Origin: Candidatus Eiseniibacteriota bacterium
Lineage (GTDB): Bacteria; Eisenbacteria; RBG-16-71-46
Length of the DNA: 64,000 nucleotides
Assembly: GCA_044223005.1 (NCBI GenBank)
Contig: JBGAML010000004.1
Span: 32,001 to 96,000, forward strand
Direction of reading: 5' to 3'
The notes beneath the pieces were generated by a model. The model saw nothing but the letters and a program-made list of their open reading frames with translations, did not search any database and was not told the origin of the DNA. Every line of letters starts with the position of its first letter. The stretch's first letter is position 1. Below are positions 19,153 through 29,211 of this stretch, in pieces. A program made the position numbers and the translations under genes.

Positions 19153-19814
19153 CGCGGGCGGCGCACGCGCACGGGCGCTACCGGATGCACTTCGGCGGCG
19201 TGCCCTGCGGCGAGGAGCGCTGGGCGGTGGAGTGGGACGGCAGCGGTGAGGTCGCGACCGGCGAGCAGGTCACGCACGCGCCGTTCCCGTTCCCGAGCAC
19301 GCTCGAGTGGCGCGCGCGCACCGACGCCGATCACCGCGTGATCGCGGTCGAGGCGCGCTGGCGCGTGGGGGAGCGGCTCGTCGAGGCGCGGCACGCGGCC
19401 GACGGCGCGCTCTGGCGCGCGCGGATCGAGCATGCCGGGCAGGTGCGCGAACAGGAAGGCGACTACCCGCCGCGCGCGCACGTGCTGCTCGGTTCGCACG
19501 TGCTGCACGGCTTCGCGTTCCGGCGGCTCGCGCTGGCGCCGGGCGCGCAGCACGAGCTGCTCGTGCTCACGATCGGGCCGCCGTGGATGGCCGTCGAGCC
19601 GGGACGTCTCGTCGTGCGCTGCACCGAGGCGCGCGCGATCGAGACCGCGTGGGGCCTGCGCGAGGCGCGGCGGATCGAGGTGCTCGACCCGGCGCGCGGG
19701 CGCGCCGAGGCGTTCGCGGCGTGGATCGACGCCGACGACGTGGTGCTCGCGTCCCGCGAGGGCGAGGGCGACGCGCTGCCGTGGATGACGCTCGAGGAGT
19801 ACGAGCGCACCTGA
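19149..19814 (+). CDS. Hypothetical beta-rich protein
   Basis: ATG overlaps the NUDIX stop with a GGAG RBS; genome-typical codon usage. No family recognised with confidence. Confidence 0.65.
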   Translation: MTRAAHAHGRYRMHFGGVPCGEERWAVEWDGSGEVATGEQVTHAPFPFPSTLEWRARTDADHRVIAVEARWRVGERLVEARHAADGALWRARIEHAGQVREQEGDYPPRAHVLLGSHVLHGFAFRRLALAPGAQHELLVLTIGPPWMAVEPGRLVVRCTEARAIETAWGLREARRIEVLDPARGRAEAFAAWIDADDVVLASREGEGDALPWMTLEEYERT

Positions 19815-19920
19815 GCGGTCCGCGACGCCGTTTCCGGCCCGCCGCGGGGCCGTGTAGACTTTTCGGCCGGCGCGCCGCGAGGGCACGCCGGCCGTCCCGA
19901 CCTCCGGAGGAACTCCCCGC

Positions 19921-21846
19921 GTGAAACCGCAGCGCCCGGGCCCCCGTGCCCCCCGAACGGCGCCGTCGCGCGCGGACCGTCCCGAGGCGCGCGCGCGCGT
20001 GCTCGCGCTCGCGATTCCCGCGCTCGCCGCCGTGCTGTCCTACCTGCCCTCGCTCGGTCACGGCTTCGTGCTCGACGATCACTGGCTCGTCGAGGGCAAC
20101 GCGCAGCTCGCCCCGGGAGCCTCGCTCGGAGCGCTGCTGCACGCCGACTTCTGGGGTGGTTCGGCCGGCCCTTCGGGCATGTGGCGGCCGCTGATCGCGC
20201 TCGTCTACTGGATCGGCGTGCGCGTGGGCGGCGGGCCCGCGCTCTTCCATGCGCTCAACGTGTGCGCGCACGCAGGCGTGAGCGCGCTGGTCGCCGCGCT
20301 CGCGATGGAGGCCGGCTTGCCCGCGCTCGCGGCCGGTGCCGGCGCGCTGTGGTTCGCCGTCATGCCCGCGCACGCCGAGAGCGTGGCGTGGGTCGCGGGC
20401 TGCACCGACCTGCTCTCGGCGCTCGCGTTCCTCGCGGCGCTGGTGGCCGACCGCCGTGCGCGCCGCGCGGGCGCGGCGTGGTGCGGCCCGTGGCCGCTCG
20501 TGCTGCTGGCCCTCGCGCTGCTCGCCAAGGAGATCGCCGCCGGCTACGTGGTGGTCGCCGCGCTGCTCGACGCCTCCGACGGCCCGCCGCGCCGGCCATG
20601 GTCGGCGGTCGCGCGCTGGGTCGCGCCGGCGTTCGCGCTCACCGCGGTATGGGCGGTGCTGCACGCGGTGCTGGTGCCGCTCGCGACCGACTTCCGCTAC
20701 TTCGACGCCGCGCTGCGCGAGCAGGCGCGCTGGGCCGCGCTCACGCTGCTGCCGCTGCAGCTCGAATTCCTCGCGCCCTGGTACGCGCACTCGCCGCTCG
20801 TCGCGATCCGCCTGCCCACCTCGGGCACCGATCCGGCGGTGCTCGGCGGCACCGCGCTGCTGCTCGCGGCGCTCGCGCTCTTCGGCTGGCTGGCGTGGAC
20901 GCGCCGCCGCGCGGCGGCGCCGGTGGCGCTGTTCCTCGTCACCGCGCTGCCGATCACGCTCGCCGTGTGGAGCCAGGCGCACCTGACGCTCGGCGAGCGC
21001 ATTCTCTACCTGCCCTCGGCCGGCGCCGCGTGGCTGCTCGCGCTGCTGGTCGCGCGCTTCGCCGGCACGCCGGCGGCGCGCACGGCGCTGCTCGCCGCGT
21101 GCGGCGTCCTGGTCGCGTGGAGCGCCTGGGCCACGGTCGGGCTGGTGCCCGCGTGGCACGACGACGACGCCTACTTCGCGGCGATCGTGGCCGCGCAGCC
21201 GCAGAACCCCGCGGGCCACATCGGCCGCGCCGGCCAGCTCGCGCGCGCCGGCAAGCGCGAGGAAGCGCTGGCCGAGCTCGCGCTGGCCGAGCGCATCAAC
21301 CCTCAGCTGCCCGAGATCGGCGTGACGCGCGCGATGCTCGAAGTGGACGCGGGCGACTGGAACGGCGGCCTGCTGTCGGCCGAACACGCGATCTCGCTCG
21401 AGCCCGGCAATGCCCGCGCGCAGCTGCTGCGTGCGCTCTGCCTGCTGCGGCTGCGCCGCGCGGGCGAGGCGCTCGAGGCGCTGCAGGCGCTCGAGCGGCG
21501 CGACCCGGGCGACCCCGACGTCACGTCGCTGCTCGGTCAGTGCCTGTTCGTGAGCGGCAAGCCCGCGGAAGCGGTGCCCTACCTGGAGCGGGCCGCCGCG
21601 GCGCAGGACCAGGATCCGTCGATCCACTTCGCGCTCGGGCAGAGCTACGCGCAGGTGAAGCGCGCCGCCGACGCGCGCCGCGAGTTCGAGCGCTGCACGC
21701 AGCTCGACCCCGACGATCCGGGCAGCTGGCACCGCCTCGCCGACATGTGCACGGAGCTTGGCGACACGGCGGCCGCGGCGGCGGCGCGAGCCCGCGCGGC
21801 CGCGATCACGCCCGCGGGGGCACCCGCGGACACGCCCGCCCGCTAG
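19921..21846 (+). CDS. TMTC-like GT-C membrane glycosyltransferase with C-terminal TPRs
   Basis: FVLDD, WRPL, HAESVAWVAG, KE and ERILYLPS motifs, multiple TM helices and a TPR tail; GGAGG RBS. Confidence 0.82.
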   Translation: MKPQRPGPRAPRTAPSRADRPEARARVLALAIPALAAVLSYLPSLGHGFVLDDHWLVEGNAQLAPGASLGALLHADFWGGSAGPSGMWRPLIALVYWIGVRVGGGPALFHALNVCAHAGVSALVAALAMEAGLPALAAGAGALWFAVMPAHAESVAWVAGCTDLLSALAFLAALVADRRARRAGAAWCGPWPLVLLALALLAKEIAAGYVVVAALLDASDGPPRRPWSAVARWVAPAFALTAVWAVLHAVLVPLATDFRYFDAALREQARWAALTLLPLQLEFLAPWYAHSPLVAIRLPTSGTDPAVLGGTALLLAALALFGWLAWTRRRAAAPVALFLVTALPITLAVWSQAHLTLGERILYLPSAGAAWLLALLVARFAGTPAARTALLAACGVLVAWSAWATVGLVPAWHDDDAYFAAIVAAQPQNPAGHIGRAGQLARAGKREEALAELALAERINPQLPEIGVTRAMLEVDAGDWNGGLLSAEHAISLEPGNARAQLLRALCLLRLRRAGEALEALQALERRDPGDPDVTSLLGQCLFVSGKPAEAVPYLERAAAAQDQDPSIHFALGQSYAQVKRAADARREFERCTQLDPDDPGSWHRLADMCTELGDTAAAAAARARAAAITPAGAPADTPAR

Positions 21847-21871
21847 GCGTCGCGTCCGCGGGCGTCGCGCG

Positions 21872-23698
21872 TCACTGCCCGAGCCAGATCAACTTCTGCA
21901 CGGCCTCGGTGTCCGCCGCGCGCAGCCGCACGTGGTACACGGCCGGCGCCATCGCCACGCCGCGATCGTCGCGGCCGTCCCAGCGCGCCGTGTGCTCTCC
22001 GGCGGCGAAGTGCCCGGCGGCGAGCGTGCGCACGCGCCGCCCGTCGACGGAGTAGATCGCGAGCTCGAGCGAGCCCGCGCGCGGCAGGCGCCAGCGCAGC
22101 GCCGTCGCATGGTGCGCGGGGTTCGGCATCGCGGGGGCGAGCGCCACGCCGGGCGCCAGCGGTCCGCCGTCGCCGATTCCCGTGGCCCCCATGTCGACGG
22201 CGGCCTTGATGTCGAGCTTGCCCCAGCCCCACACGTTGTTGGGCGAGCCACCCGCCACGTCGCACAGCGTCGTGGCCACGTACACGGCCGAGTGCTCGAG
22301 GAGGTTCTCCGTCGCGGCGATCTGGTTCCGGAGCTGCGGCCAGCGCGACCAGAGCAGGGCAATCGCGCCCGCCACGTGCGGCGTCGCCATGGACGTGCCG
22401 CTCAGCGAGCCGTAGGTGTTGCCGCGCAGGCACGAGCGCACCGACACGCCGGGCGCCGAGATGTCGGGCTTCATGCGGCCGCTGCCGTCCGCGGTGACCG
22501 GCCCGCGGCTGCTGAAGGACGCGATCGATCCGGTCGTGGAGCTGAACGCGCCGACGGTCGTGCTCGCGTCGTGGAACGACGGCGGGTCGCTCACCGTGGA
22601 GCATGCGGGGCCGCTGTTGCCGGCCGCGGCGACGAACATGATGCCCGCGGCGCGCTGCGCCTCGACCGCGGCCTGCAGCGAGCTGGTCGTGCAGCCCTCG
22701 GACGCCGGGCAGCCCCACGAGTTGGTGGTGATGTCCGGGGCCTTGTCGGGATCGCCCTGTGCGGGCGTGCCGCCGACCGGGTAGGGCGCGAGGAACCACT
22801 CCATGCACTCGATGTAGCGCGCCGGCGTGCCGTTGCCCTGGTCCATGTTCCGGCACGCGATGAACTTGGCGCCCGGCGCGACGCCGATCTGGTTCGTGCC
22901 CGCGAGGTCCGCTCCGACCGCGGTGCCGAGCGTGTGCGTGCCGTGCCCGTCGTCGTCGCAGGGGGCCGTCGCGTCGGGACCGCAGACGCCGCCGCCCGTG
23001 TGGATGCTGTCGTGCCAGTTGTAGTCGTGGCTCGCCGTGGTGCCGTTCCAGCCGCGATAGTGGTTGATGAGCGCCGGGTGGTCCCACTGGACGCCGGTGT
23101 CCGCGCCACCGATCACGATGCCCTGGCCCGAGTAGCCGAGCGCCCACACGTCGGGCGCGCGGATCGCCGTGACGCCGGGCTCGATCGCGCTCGTGGACTG
23201 CGCGCTCGCCTGCATCGCCGCACGCAGTTCCTCGACCGTCGGGGCCGCCGGCTGCACGGCCTTGATCTCGGGGTTGCCCTCGATGCGGGCGACGTCGGCG
23301 CGCGAGGCCAGCGCCAGCGCGAGCGCCTGCGAGCCCGTCACCTGGATCGCGTTCACGATATAGAACGGGTGGTAGGTCGCGCCCTGCTGGTCGAGCCATT
23401 CGAGTAGCGGGCCCTGCGTCGCGCGCGCCTTCGCCCACAGCTGGTCGTGCACCCAGCGCGTCTTGGCGGCCTTGTCGGGGAGCCCCGCGGCGCCCGAAAG
23501 ATCCGCCTGGTCGCCCAGCACGACGATGTACTCGGCGGTCTGCCCGGCCGACGTGTGCTCGTACACCCACGACGCGATCTTCGCCTGCGCGACCGAGGCG
23601 GGGACCGTGCCGCCGGTGCCGGCGGACGCGACGCCGGCGGCCACCGCCAGCGCGACGAGGGTGAGGAACAGCGGGGTGCGCGGCGTGCGGCGGATCAT
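21872..23698 (-). CDS. Secreted S8 subtilisin-like peptidase (bacillopeptidase F-like) with FlgD-Ig/T9SS-like C-terminal domain
   Basis: Signal peptide; catalytic triad DTG, HGTHT, GTSMATPHV; AAGNSG; C-terminal PNP...DGRRVRTL...WDGRD. Confidence 0.93.
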   Translation of the reverse strand: MIRRTPRTPLFLTLVALAVAAGVASAGTGGTVPASVAQAKIASWVYEHTSAGQTAEYIVVLGDQADLSGAAGLPDKAAKTRWVHDQLWAKARATQGPLLEWLDQQGATYHPFYIVNAIQVTGSQALALALASRADVARIEGNPEIKAVQPAAPTVEELRAAMQASAQSTSAIEPGVTAIRAPDVWALGYSGQGIVIGGADTGVQWDHPALINHYRGWNGTTASHDYNWHDSIHTGGGVCGPDATAPCDDDGHGTHTLGTAVGADLAGTNQIGVAPGAKFIACRNMDQGNGTPARYIECMEWFLAPYPVGGTPAQGDPDKAPDITTNSWGCPASEGCTTSSLQAAVEAQRAAGIMFVAAAGNSGPACSTVSDPPSFHDASTTVGAFSSTTGSIASFSSRGPVTADGSGRMKPDISAPGVSVRSCLRGNTYGSLSGTSMATPHVAGAIALLWSRWPQLRNQIAATENLLEHSAVYVATTLCDVAGGSPNNVWGWGKLDIKAAVDMGATGIGDGGPLAPGVALAPAMPNPAHHATALRWRLPRAGSLELAIYSVDGRRVRTLAAGHFAAGEHTARWDGRDDRGVAMAPAVYHVRLRAADTEAVQKLIWLGQ

Positions 23699-23842
23699 GC
23701 GAGGGCCTCCGGAGCGGGTCGCGGGACGACGGTTCGATCCCATGATGATACCCCGCGCCTCTCGTGGCGCGACAGGGTTCCCGCGCCGGGCGTGGCCGGA
23801 ATCGCTGCCGCGGCGGGCCCGGCGGGGGTAGAGTGCCGGGCC

Positions 23843-26800
23843 ATGTCCGCCCCCGATCCGGGTCACGCGCCCACGCTCCCCGTCGCCGCCGGCCTCGTGC
23901 TCGGCGGCCGCTACCGGCTGGAGCAGCGCATCGGCCGCGGCGGCATGGGCGAGGTCTGGAGCGCCCGCGACGCGCAGCTCGAGCGCGAGGTCGCGATCAA
24001 GCTGCCGTCCGGCAGCATCGCTCCCGAGGAATGCGACCGGCTGCTGCGCGAGGCGCGCATGGCCGCGGCGCTCAACCACCCGGGCGTCGTCGCGGTTCAC
24101 GATGCCGGCGTCTCGGACGGCCAGCCGTTCGTCGTGTTCGAGCGCGTCGCGGGCACCAATCTCCGCGCGCAGCCGCCCGCGGGCACCGAGGCGATCCGCG
24201 CGGTGGCCGACCAGGTGCTCGACGCGCTCGCGCACGTGCACGCCGCGGGCATCGTGCACCGCGACTTGAAGCCCGAGAACCTGCTCTGGGTGGGCGCGCC
24301 CGGCGCGTCGCGCGTCAAGCTCGCCGATCTCGGCGTCGCGCGGCCGCAGACGTCGACGACGCTCTCGCGCAACGTCGTCGTCGGCACCGCCGCGTACCTC
24401 TCGCCCGAGCAGGCGACGGGCGCGGTCGTCGACGGGCGCGCCGATCTCTATGCGCTCGGCGTCACGCTCTACGAGTGGGTCGCCGGCCGGCGGCCGTTCG
24501 AGGCCGACGACCTGCTCGCGCTCGTCTCGCAGCACCTGCTCGCGCCCGTGCCGCCGCTGCGGCTGCACGTGCCCGACGTGGACCCGGCACTCGAGCGCTT
24601 CGTGCTCCGGCTGCTGCGCAAGACGCCCGACGAGCGCTTCGCCGACGCCGGGGCCGCGCGCGCGGCGCTGGCCGATACGGCGGCCGCCGCGGCCGGCGAC
24701 GCGGCGCCGGGCGCGCCCGCGGTGCTCGACCAGCTCGTGCGCGGCCGCCTCGTCGGCCGCACCGCGGAGCTCGAGCGGCTGCGCGCGGCGTGGCGCGCGG
24801 CGCTCGACGGCGGCGCGCGGCTCGCGCTCGTCTCGGGCGAGCCCGGGATCGGCAAGTCGCGTCTCGCGCGCGAGGTCGCCGTGAACGCGCACGTCGACGG
24901 CGCGGTCGTGATGACCGGCGGCTGCTACGAGTTCGAAGCCACGACGCCCTACCTGCCGTTCGTCGAGGCGATCTCGGGCTGGGCGCGGGCGGTGGCACCC
25001 GCGGCGCTCGCCGAACTGCTCGGGGATTCGGCGGCGGATCTCGCGCGGCTCGTGCCCGACCTCGGGGCGCGGCTCGGATCGCTGCCGGCGGCGCCGGCGC
25101 TCGCGCCGCACGAGGAGCGGCTGCGGCTCTTCGAGGCGATCGCGCGGTTCCTGCGCCGGCTCTCGGCGCGGCGGGGACTGCTGCTGCTGCTGGACGACCT
25201 GCACTGGGCGGACGCCGGCACTCTCGCGCTGCTGCGCCACCTCGCCCGGCAGCTGCGGGCCGATCGCGTGCTGCTGCTGGGCACGTACCGCGAGGTCGAG
25301 CTGGACCGCCGCCATCCGCTCGCCGCGGCGCTCGTCGACTGGGACCGCGACCGCATCGCGACCCGCGTGCCGCTCGGGCGACTCGACCGCGCGGAGACCG
25401 AGGCGCTGCTCGCGACGCTGCTCCAGCAGGAACACGTGACGGCCGAGTTCGGCGAGGCGCTGCACCGCGAGACGGAGGGCAATCCGTTCTTCACCGAGGA
25501 GGTGGTGAAGGCGCTGGTCGAGCAGGGTGCCATCTACCGCGAGGGCGGCGAGTGGCAGCGCCGCGCGATCGGCGAGCTCGCGATTCCGCAGAGCGTGAAA
25601 TCGGCGATCGGCCGGCGGCTCGACCGCCTGAGTGAGGGCTGCGCGGGCGTGCTGCACGTGGCGGCGGTGATCGGCAAGACGTTCGAGTTCGCCGACCTGC
25701 GCGCGTGCACCGACCTGGGCGAGGACGCGCTGCTCGACGCCCTCGACGAAGCGGCGGCCGCGCAGCTGGTGCAGGCCGGTGCGCGCGAGGCGTTCGCGTT
25801 CACGCACGACAAGATTCGCGAGGTGCTGGTCGAGGAGCTCAATCCCGTCCGCCTGCGGCGGCTGCACCTGCGCGTCGCCGAGCGGATCGAATCGCGCGAC
25901 GGCGCGGCCGAGGACCTCGCGTACCATTTCCAGCGCGCGGGCGAGCTGGGCCGCGCCCGCCGATGGCTGCTCGAGTCGGCCCGGCACGCGCGCGCCGTCG
26001 CGGCGCTGGAGGAAGCGGCCGACGCGCTGGCCCAGGCGCGCGAGTGCGCCGAAGCGCTCGGCGGACGCGAGGAGCAACTCGAGGTCGCGTTCGCGCTGGT
26101 GGAGGTGCACGCGGACCGCGGGGACCTCGTCTCCACGCTCGCGGCCTGCGAGCGCGGGCTCGCACTCTGCTCCACCGACGCCGAGCGCGTGCGCCTGCTG
26201 GCGCGCGCGACCGAGGTCTGCGTCCGGCACGGCGACCCGCGCGCCGACGGCTACATCGATGCCGTCGAGCGCGTGCTCGATCCGGTCGCGCAGCCGGAGG
26301 CGCACGTCGTCGCGCGCGCGAGCCGCGCGCGGGTGCACCACTACCGCATGGAGCACGGCAAGGCACTCGCGATCCTGGAACCGCTGGCGGAGCTGCCGAT
26401 CGTCCGGGAGAACGCGTGGCTCGCCGAGATGGTCTACAGCTACCTCGCGGGCGCGAACCAGCACCTGGCCCGCTACGAGGAGAGCATGCGCTGGGCGCAG
26501 CGGTCGATCGACGAGGGCACGCGGATCGGGAGCGACGTGATGGTCGCGACCGGGCGCGAGTTCCTCGCCGAGGACCTCGCGCTCCTCGGGCGGTTCCGCG
26601 AGGCGCTGGCGCACGGCGAAGAGGACCTGCGGCTCGGGCTGCGTTCCGGCTCGCTCGACCGGCAGGCGTGGGGGACCTGGTGCGTGGCGTGGGCGCACGC
26701 GAACCTCGGCGAGCTGCCCGCGGCGCTCGAGCGGCTGCAGGCCGTGCGCCAGCTCTGCGACCTGCTCGGCGAGCGCCGACTGCTGGGGCTCGCGGACGCG

Positions 26801-27397
26801 CTCGTCGCGATCACGGCCGAGGAAGCGGGCCGTCCCGACCTGGCGGACGAGCTGCTCGAGGAGGCGAAGAGCGCGCTCGCGGGAGTCCGGCAGCGCTTCA
26901 TGGAGGCGCAGCTCCTGCAGGGCAGCGCCCGGGTGCTCTTCGCGCGCGGCGACGTGGAGACGGCGTACGACCTGGCGAAGCGCAGCCGGGAACTCAAGCA
27001 GGATACCGACAACCGGGCGGCCGACGACATCACCGCGTCCATGATCGCGGTCGCATCCGCCCGGCTCGGCCGGCTCGACGAGGCGGAGTCGGAGGCGCGA
27101 GCGTGCCTCGCGTTCGAAGGGCTGGAGCCCGGCTTCGGCCGCGGCTGGGCGCTGCGAGCTCTCGCCGCGGTCGCGGCCGCGCGGGGTGAGACGGACGCGG
27201 CGCTCGCGCATTTCTCGGCCGCGCTCGCGGTGCACGGCGCCTGCGAGGCCGTCCTGGCCATCGCGCGCACGCACGCCGAGCGCGCCCAGTTGCTGCGCAC
27301 GGCGGGCCGCGCCGCCGAGGCCGACGCCGACGTCGCGCGGGCCCGCGAGCTCGCGATCCGTTGCGGCGCGGCGAAGCTGCTCGCCGAACTCGGCTGA
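23843..27397 (+). CDS. Ser/Thr protein kinase fused to STAND-type AAA ATPase and TPR-like helices
   Basis: GRGGMGEV, VAIK, HRDLKPEN, GTAAYLSPE; Walker A GEPGIGKS; Walker B LLLLDDLHWAD; GNPFF. Confidence 0.92.
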   Translation: MSAPDPGHAPTLPVAAGLVLGGRYRLEQRIGRGGMGEVWSARDAQLEREVAIKLPSGSIAPEECDRLLREARMAAALNHPGVVAVHDAGVSDGQPFVVFERVAGTNLRAQPPAGTEAIRAVADQVLDALAHVHAAGIVHRDLKPENLLWVGAPGASRVKLADLGVARPQTSTTLSRNVVVGTAAYLSPEQATGAVVDGRADLYALGVTLYEWVAGRRPFEADDLLALVSQHLLAPVPPLRLHVPDVDPALERFVLRLLRKTPDERFADAGAARAALADTAAAAAGDAAPGAPAVLDQLVRGRLVGRTAELERLRAAWRAALDGGARLALVSGEPGIGKSRLAREVAVNAHVDGAVVMTGGCYEFEATTPYLPFVEAISGWARAVAPAALAELLGDSAADLARLVPDLGARLGSLPAAPALAPHEERLRLFEAIARFLRRLSARRGLLLLLDDLHWADAGTLALLRHLARQLRADRVLLLGTYREVELDRRHPLAAALVDWDRDRIATRVPLGRLDRAETEALLATLLQQEHVTAEFGEALHRETEGNPFFTEEVVKALVEQGAIYREGGEWQRRAIGELAIPQSVKSAIGRRLDRLSEGCAGVLHVAAVIGKTFEFADLRACTDLGEDALLDALDEAAAAQLVQAGAREAFAFTHDKIREVLVEELNPVRLRRLHLRVAERIESRDGAAEDLAYHFQRAGELGRARRWLLESARHARAVAALEEAADALAQARECAEALGGREEQLEVAFALVEVHADRGDLVSTLAACERGLALCSTDAERVRLLARATEVCVRHGDPRADGYIDAVERVLDPVAQPEAHVVARASRARVHHYRMEHGKALAILEPLAELPIVRENAWLAEMVYSYLAGANQHLARYEESMRWAQRSIDEGTRIGSDVMVATGREFLAEDLALLGRFREALAHGEEDLRLGLRSGSLDRQAWGTWCVAWAHANLGELPAALERLQAVRQLCDLLGERRLLGLADALVAITAEEAGRPDLADELLEEAKSALAGVRQRFMEAQLLQGSARVLFARGDVETAYDLAKRSRELKQDTDNRAADDITASMIAVASARLGRLDEAESEARACLAFEGLEPGFGRGWALRALAAVAAARGETDAALAHFSAALAVHGACEAVLAIARTHAERAQLLRTAGRAAEADADVARARELAIRCGAAKLLAELG

Positions 27398-27416
27398 CGC
27401 AGGGCCACGAAACGCG

Positions 27417-27446
27417 ACCGCCCGCCGGGCGGACCCGGCGGGCGGT
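27417..27446. terminator. Hairpin terminator between convergent genes
   Basis: ACCGCCCGCCGGG-CGGA-CCCGGCGGGCGGT is a perfect 13-bp stem. Confidence 0.7.
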
Positions 27447-27475
27447 GCGGTGCGATGCGTCGATGGAACGCGTCC

Positions 27476-28903
27476 CTACTGCGCCTTCACGGCCTCCACG
27501 AGCTTCGAGATCGCGCCCTTGGCGTCCCCGAAATACATGTACGTCTTCGGGTTGTAGTAGATCTCGTTGTCGATGCCCGCGAAGCCCGGCTTCAGGCTGC
27601 GCTTCACGATGATGATGTTCGCCGCCTTGTCGGCGTCGAGGATCGGCATGCCGTAGATCGGGCTCGTCTTGTCGTAGCGCGCGGCGGGGTTGATGACGTC
27701 GTTGGCGCCGATCACCAGCGCCACGTCGCAACGCTCGAACTCCGAGTTGATCTGGTCGAGATCGTAGAGCTGTTCGTACGGCACGTTCGCCTCGGCCAGC
27801 AGCACGTTCATGTGACCGGGCATGCGGCCGGCGACCGGGTGCACGGCGTACTTCACGTCGACGCCCTTGGCCGCGAGCAGGTCGCCCAGCTCGCGCGTCA
27901 CGTGCTGCGCCTGGGCGACGGCCATGCCGTAGCCCGGGATCACGATCACGCTCTGCACGTTGCAGCAGAGCATCGCGAGGTCGTCCGACGTGATCTCGCG
28001 CGCCGTCTTGGCCGGGCCGGTGGCCTTGCCGCCACCCGCCGCCGCCGCCGGAGCCGAGCCCACACCCGCGAACAGGACGTTCGTGATCGAGCGGTTCATG
28101 GCCTTGCACATGAGCAGCGTCAGCAGCGTGCCCGACGCGCCGACCAGCGTTCCGCTGATGATCAGCGCCGGCTGCTGCAGCGAGAAGCCCGTCGCCGCCA
28201 CGGCGAGACCGGTGCACGAGTTGAGGAGCGAGATGACGACCGGCATGTCGGCGCCGCCGATCGGAATCACCATCAGCAGCGAGAAGAGCAGCGACACGCC
28301 GAGCAGCGCGTAGAACGGCGCGTTGCCCGTGGCCACCGCGCTCCAGCCGATCGTACCGAGCAGGGCGAGGAACACCACGATCGTCAGCAGCTTCTGGAAC
28401 GCCGACGTGATCGCCTGCTCCATGAAGCCGGAGAGCTTGCCGAACGCCATGAGCGAGCCCCAGAACGACAGGGAGCCGATCACGCCGCCGAACATCGTGG
28501 CGCCGAAGCCGAGCGGGTCGATGGGCTGTCCGGCGGCCTTGGCCGACATGAAGTTCGCGAACTCGACCGTGGAGATGAGTGCCGCCGCGCCACCGCCGCA
28601 GCCGTTCAGGAGCGCGACCATCTGCGGCATCTCGGTCATGGCCACCTTGCGGGCCGCGACCGCGCCGACGAGCGCGCCGACGACGATGCCGACGATGATC
28701 AGGATGCCGCTCGTCCCCGACATCTCGTGCACGCCGCCGCCCCAGATGAAGATGAACGAGGCGACGACCGCGAAGGCCATGCCGATCGCGGCCAGCTGGT
28801 TGCCCTGACGGGCGCGCTTGGGATGGCTGAGGAACTTGAGGCCGATGATGAACAGGACCGCCGAGGTCAGGTAGGCGACGTCGGAGAGCAGTTTGGGATT
28901 CAT
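27476..28903 (-). CDS. pntB: NAD(P)+ transhydrogenase subunit beta
   Basis: MTEMPQMVA, IGGADMPVVIS, PGYGMAVAQAQ, HPVAGRMPGHMNVLLAEA and GANDVINP motifs. Confidence 0.97.
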   Translation of the reverse strand: MNPKLLSDVAYLTSAVLFIIGLKFLSHPKRARQGNQLAAIGMAFAVVASFIFIWGGGVHEMSGTSGILIIVGIVVGALVGAVAARKVAMTEMPQMVALLNGCGGGAAALISTVEFANFMSAKAAGQPIDPLGFGATMFGGVIGSLSFWGSLMAFGKLSGFMEQAITSAFQKLLTIVVFLALLGTIGWSAVATGNAPFYALLGVSLLFSLLMVIPIGGADMPVVISLLNSCTGLAVAATGFSLQQPALIISGTLVGASGTLLTLLMCKAMNRSITNVLFAGVGSAPAAAAGGGKATGPAKTAREITSDDLAMLCCNVQSVIVIPGYGMAVAQAQHVTRELGDLLAAKGVDVKYAVHPVAGRMPGHMNVLLAEANVPYEQLYDLDQINSEFERCDVALVIGANDVINPAARYDKTSPIYGMPILDADKAANIIIVKRSLKPGFAGIDNEIYYNPKTYMYFGDAKGAISKLVEAVKAQ

Positions 28904-29211
28904 CACTTGCCTCCCGCCGCCGGCTTCTTGGTCTTGAACATCTCGAGCATGCGGTCGGTCACCACGAACCCGCCGAACAGGTTCATGGCGCCCAGCACCA
29001 CCGCGGCGAACCCGAGCCACATGAGCAGCCCGCCCTTGGACTCGGCGAGCACCAGCATGCCGCCGAGCATGACGATGCCGTGGATCGCGTTCGTGCCCGA
29101 CATGAGCGGCGTGTGCAGCTGCACGGGCACCTTCGAGATCACCTCGAAGCCCACGAACACCGCGAGCATGAAGATGTAGATGGCGTAGAGGATCAGCGTG
29201 CCTTCGTTCAT
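28903..29211 (-). CDS. pntAB: NAD(P)+ transhydrogenase subunit alpha, part 2
   Basis: VPVQLHTPLMSGTNAI and GGFVVTDRML motifs. Confidence 0.95.
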   Translation of the reverse strand: MNEGTLILYAIYIFMLAVFVGFEVISKVPVQLHTPLMSGTNAIHGIVMLGGMLVLAESKGGLLMWLGFAAVVLGAMNLFGGFVVTDRMLEMFKTKKPAAGGK

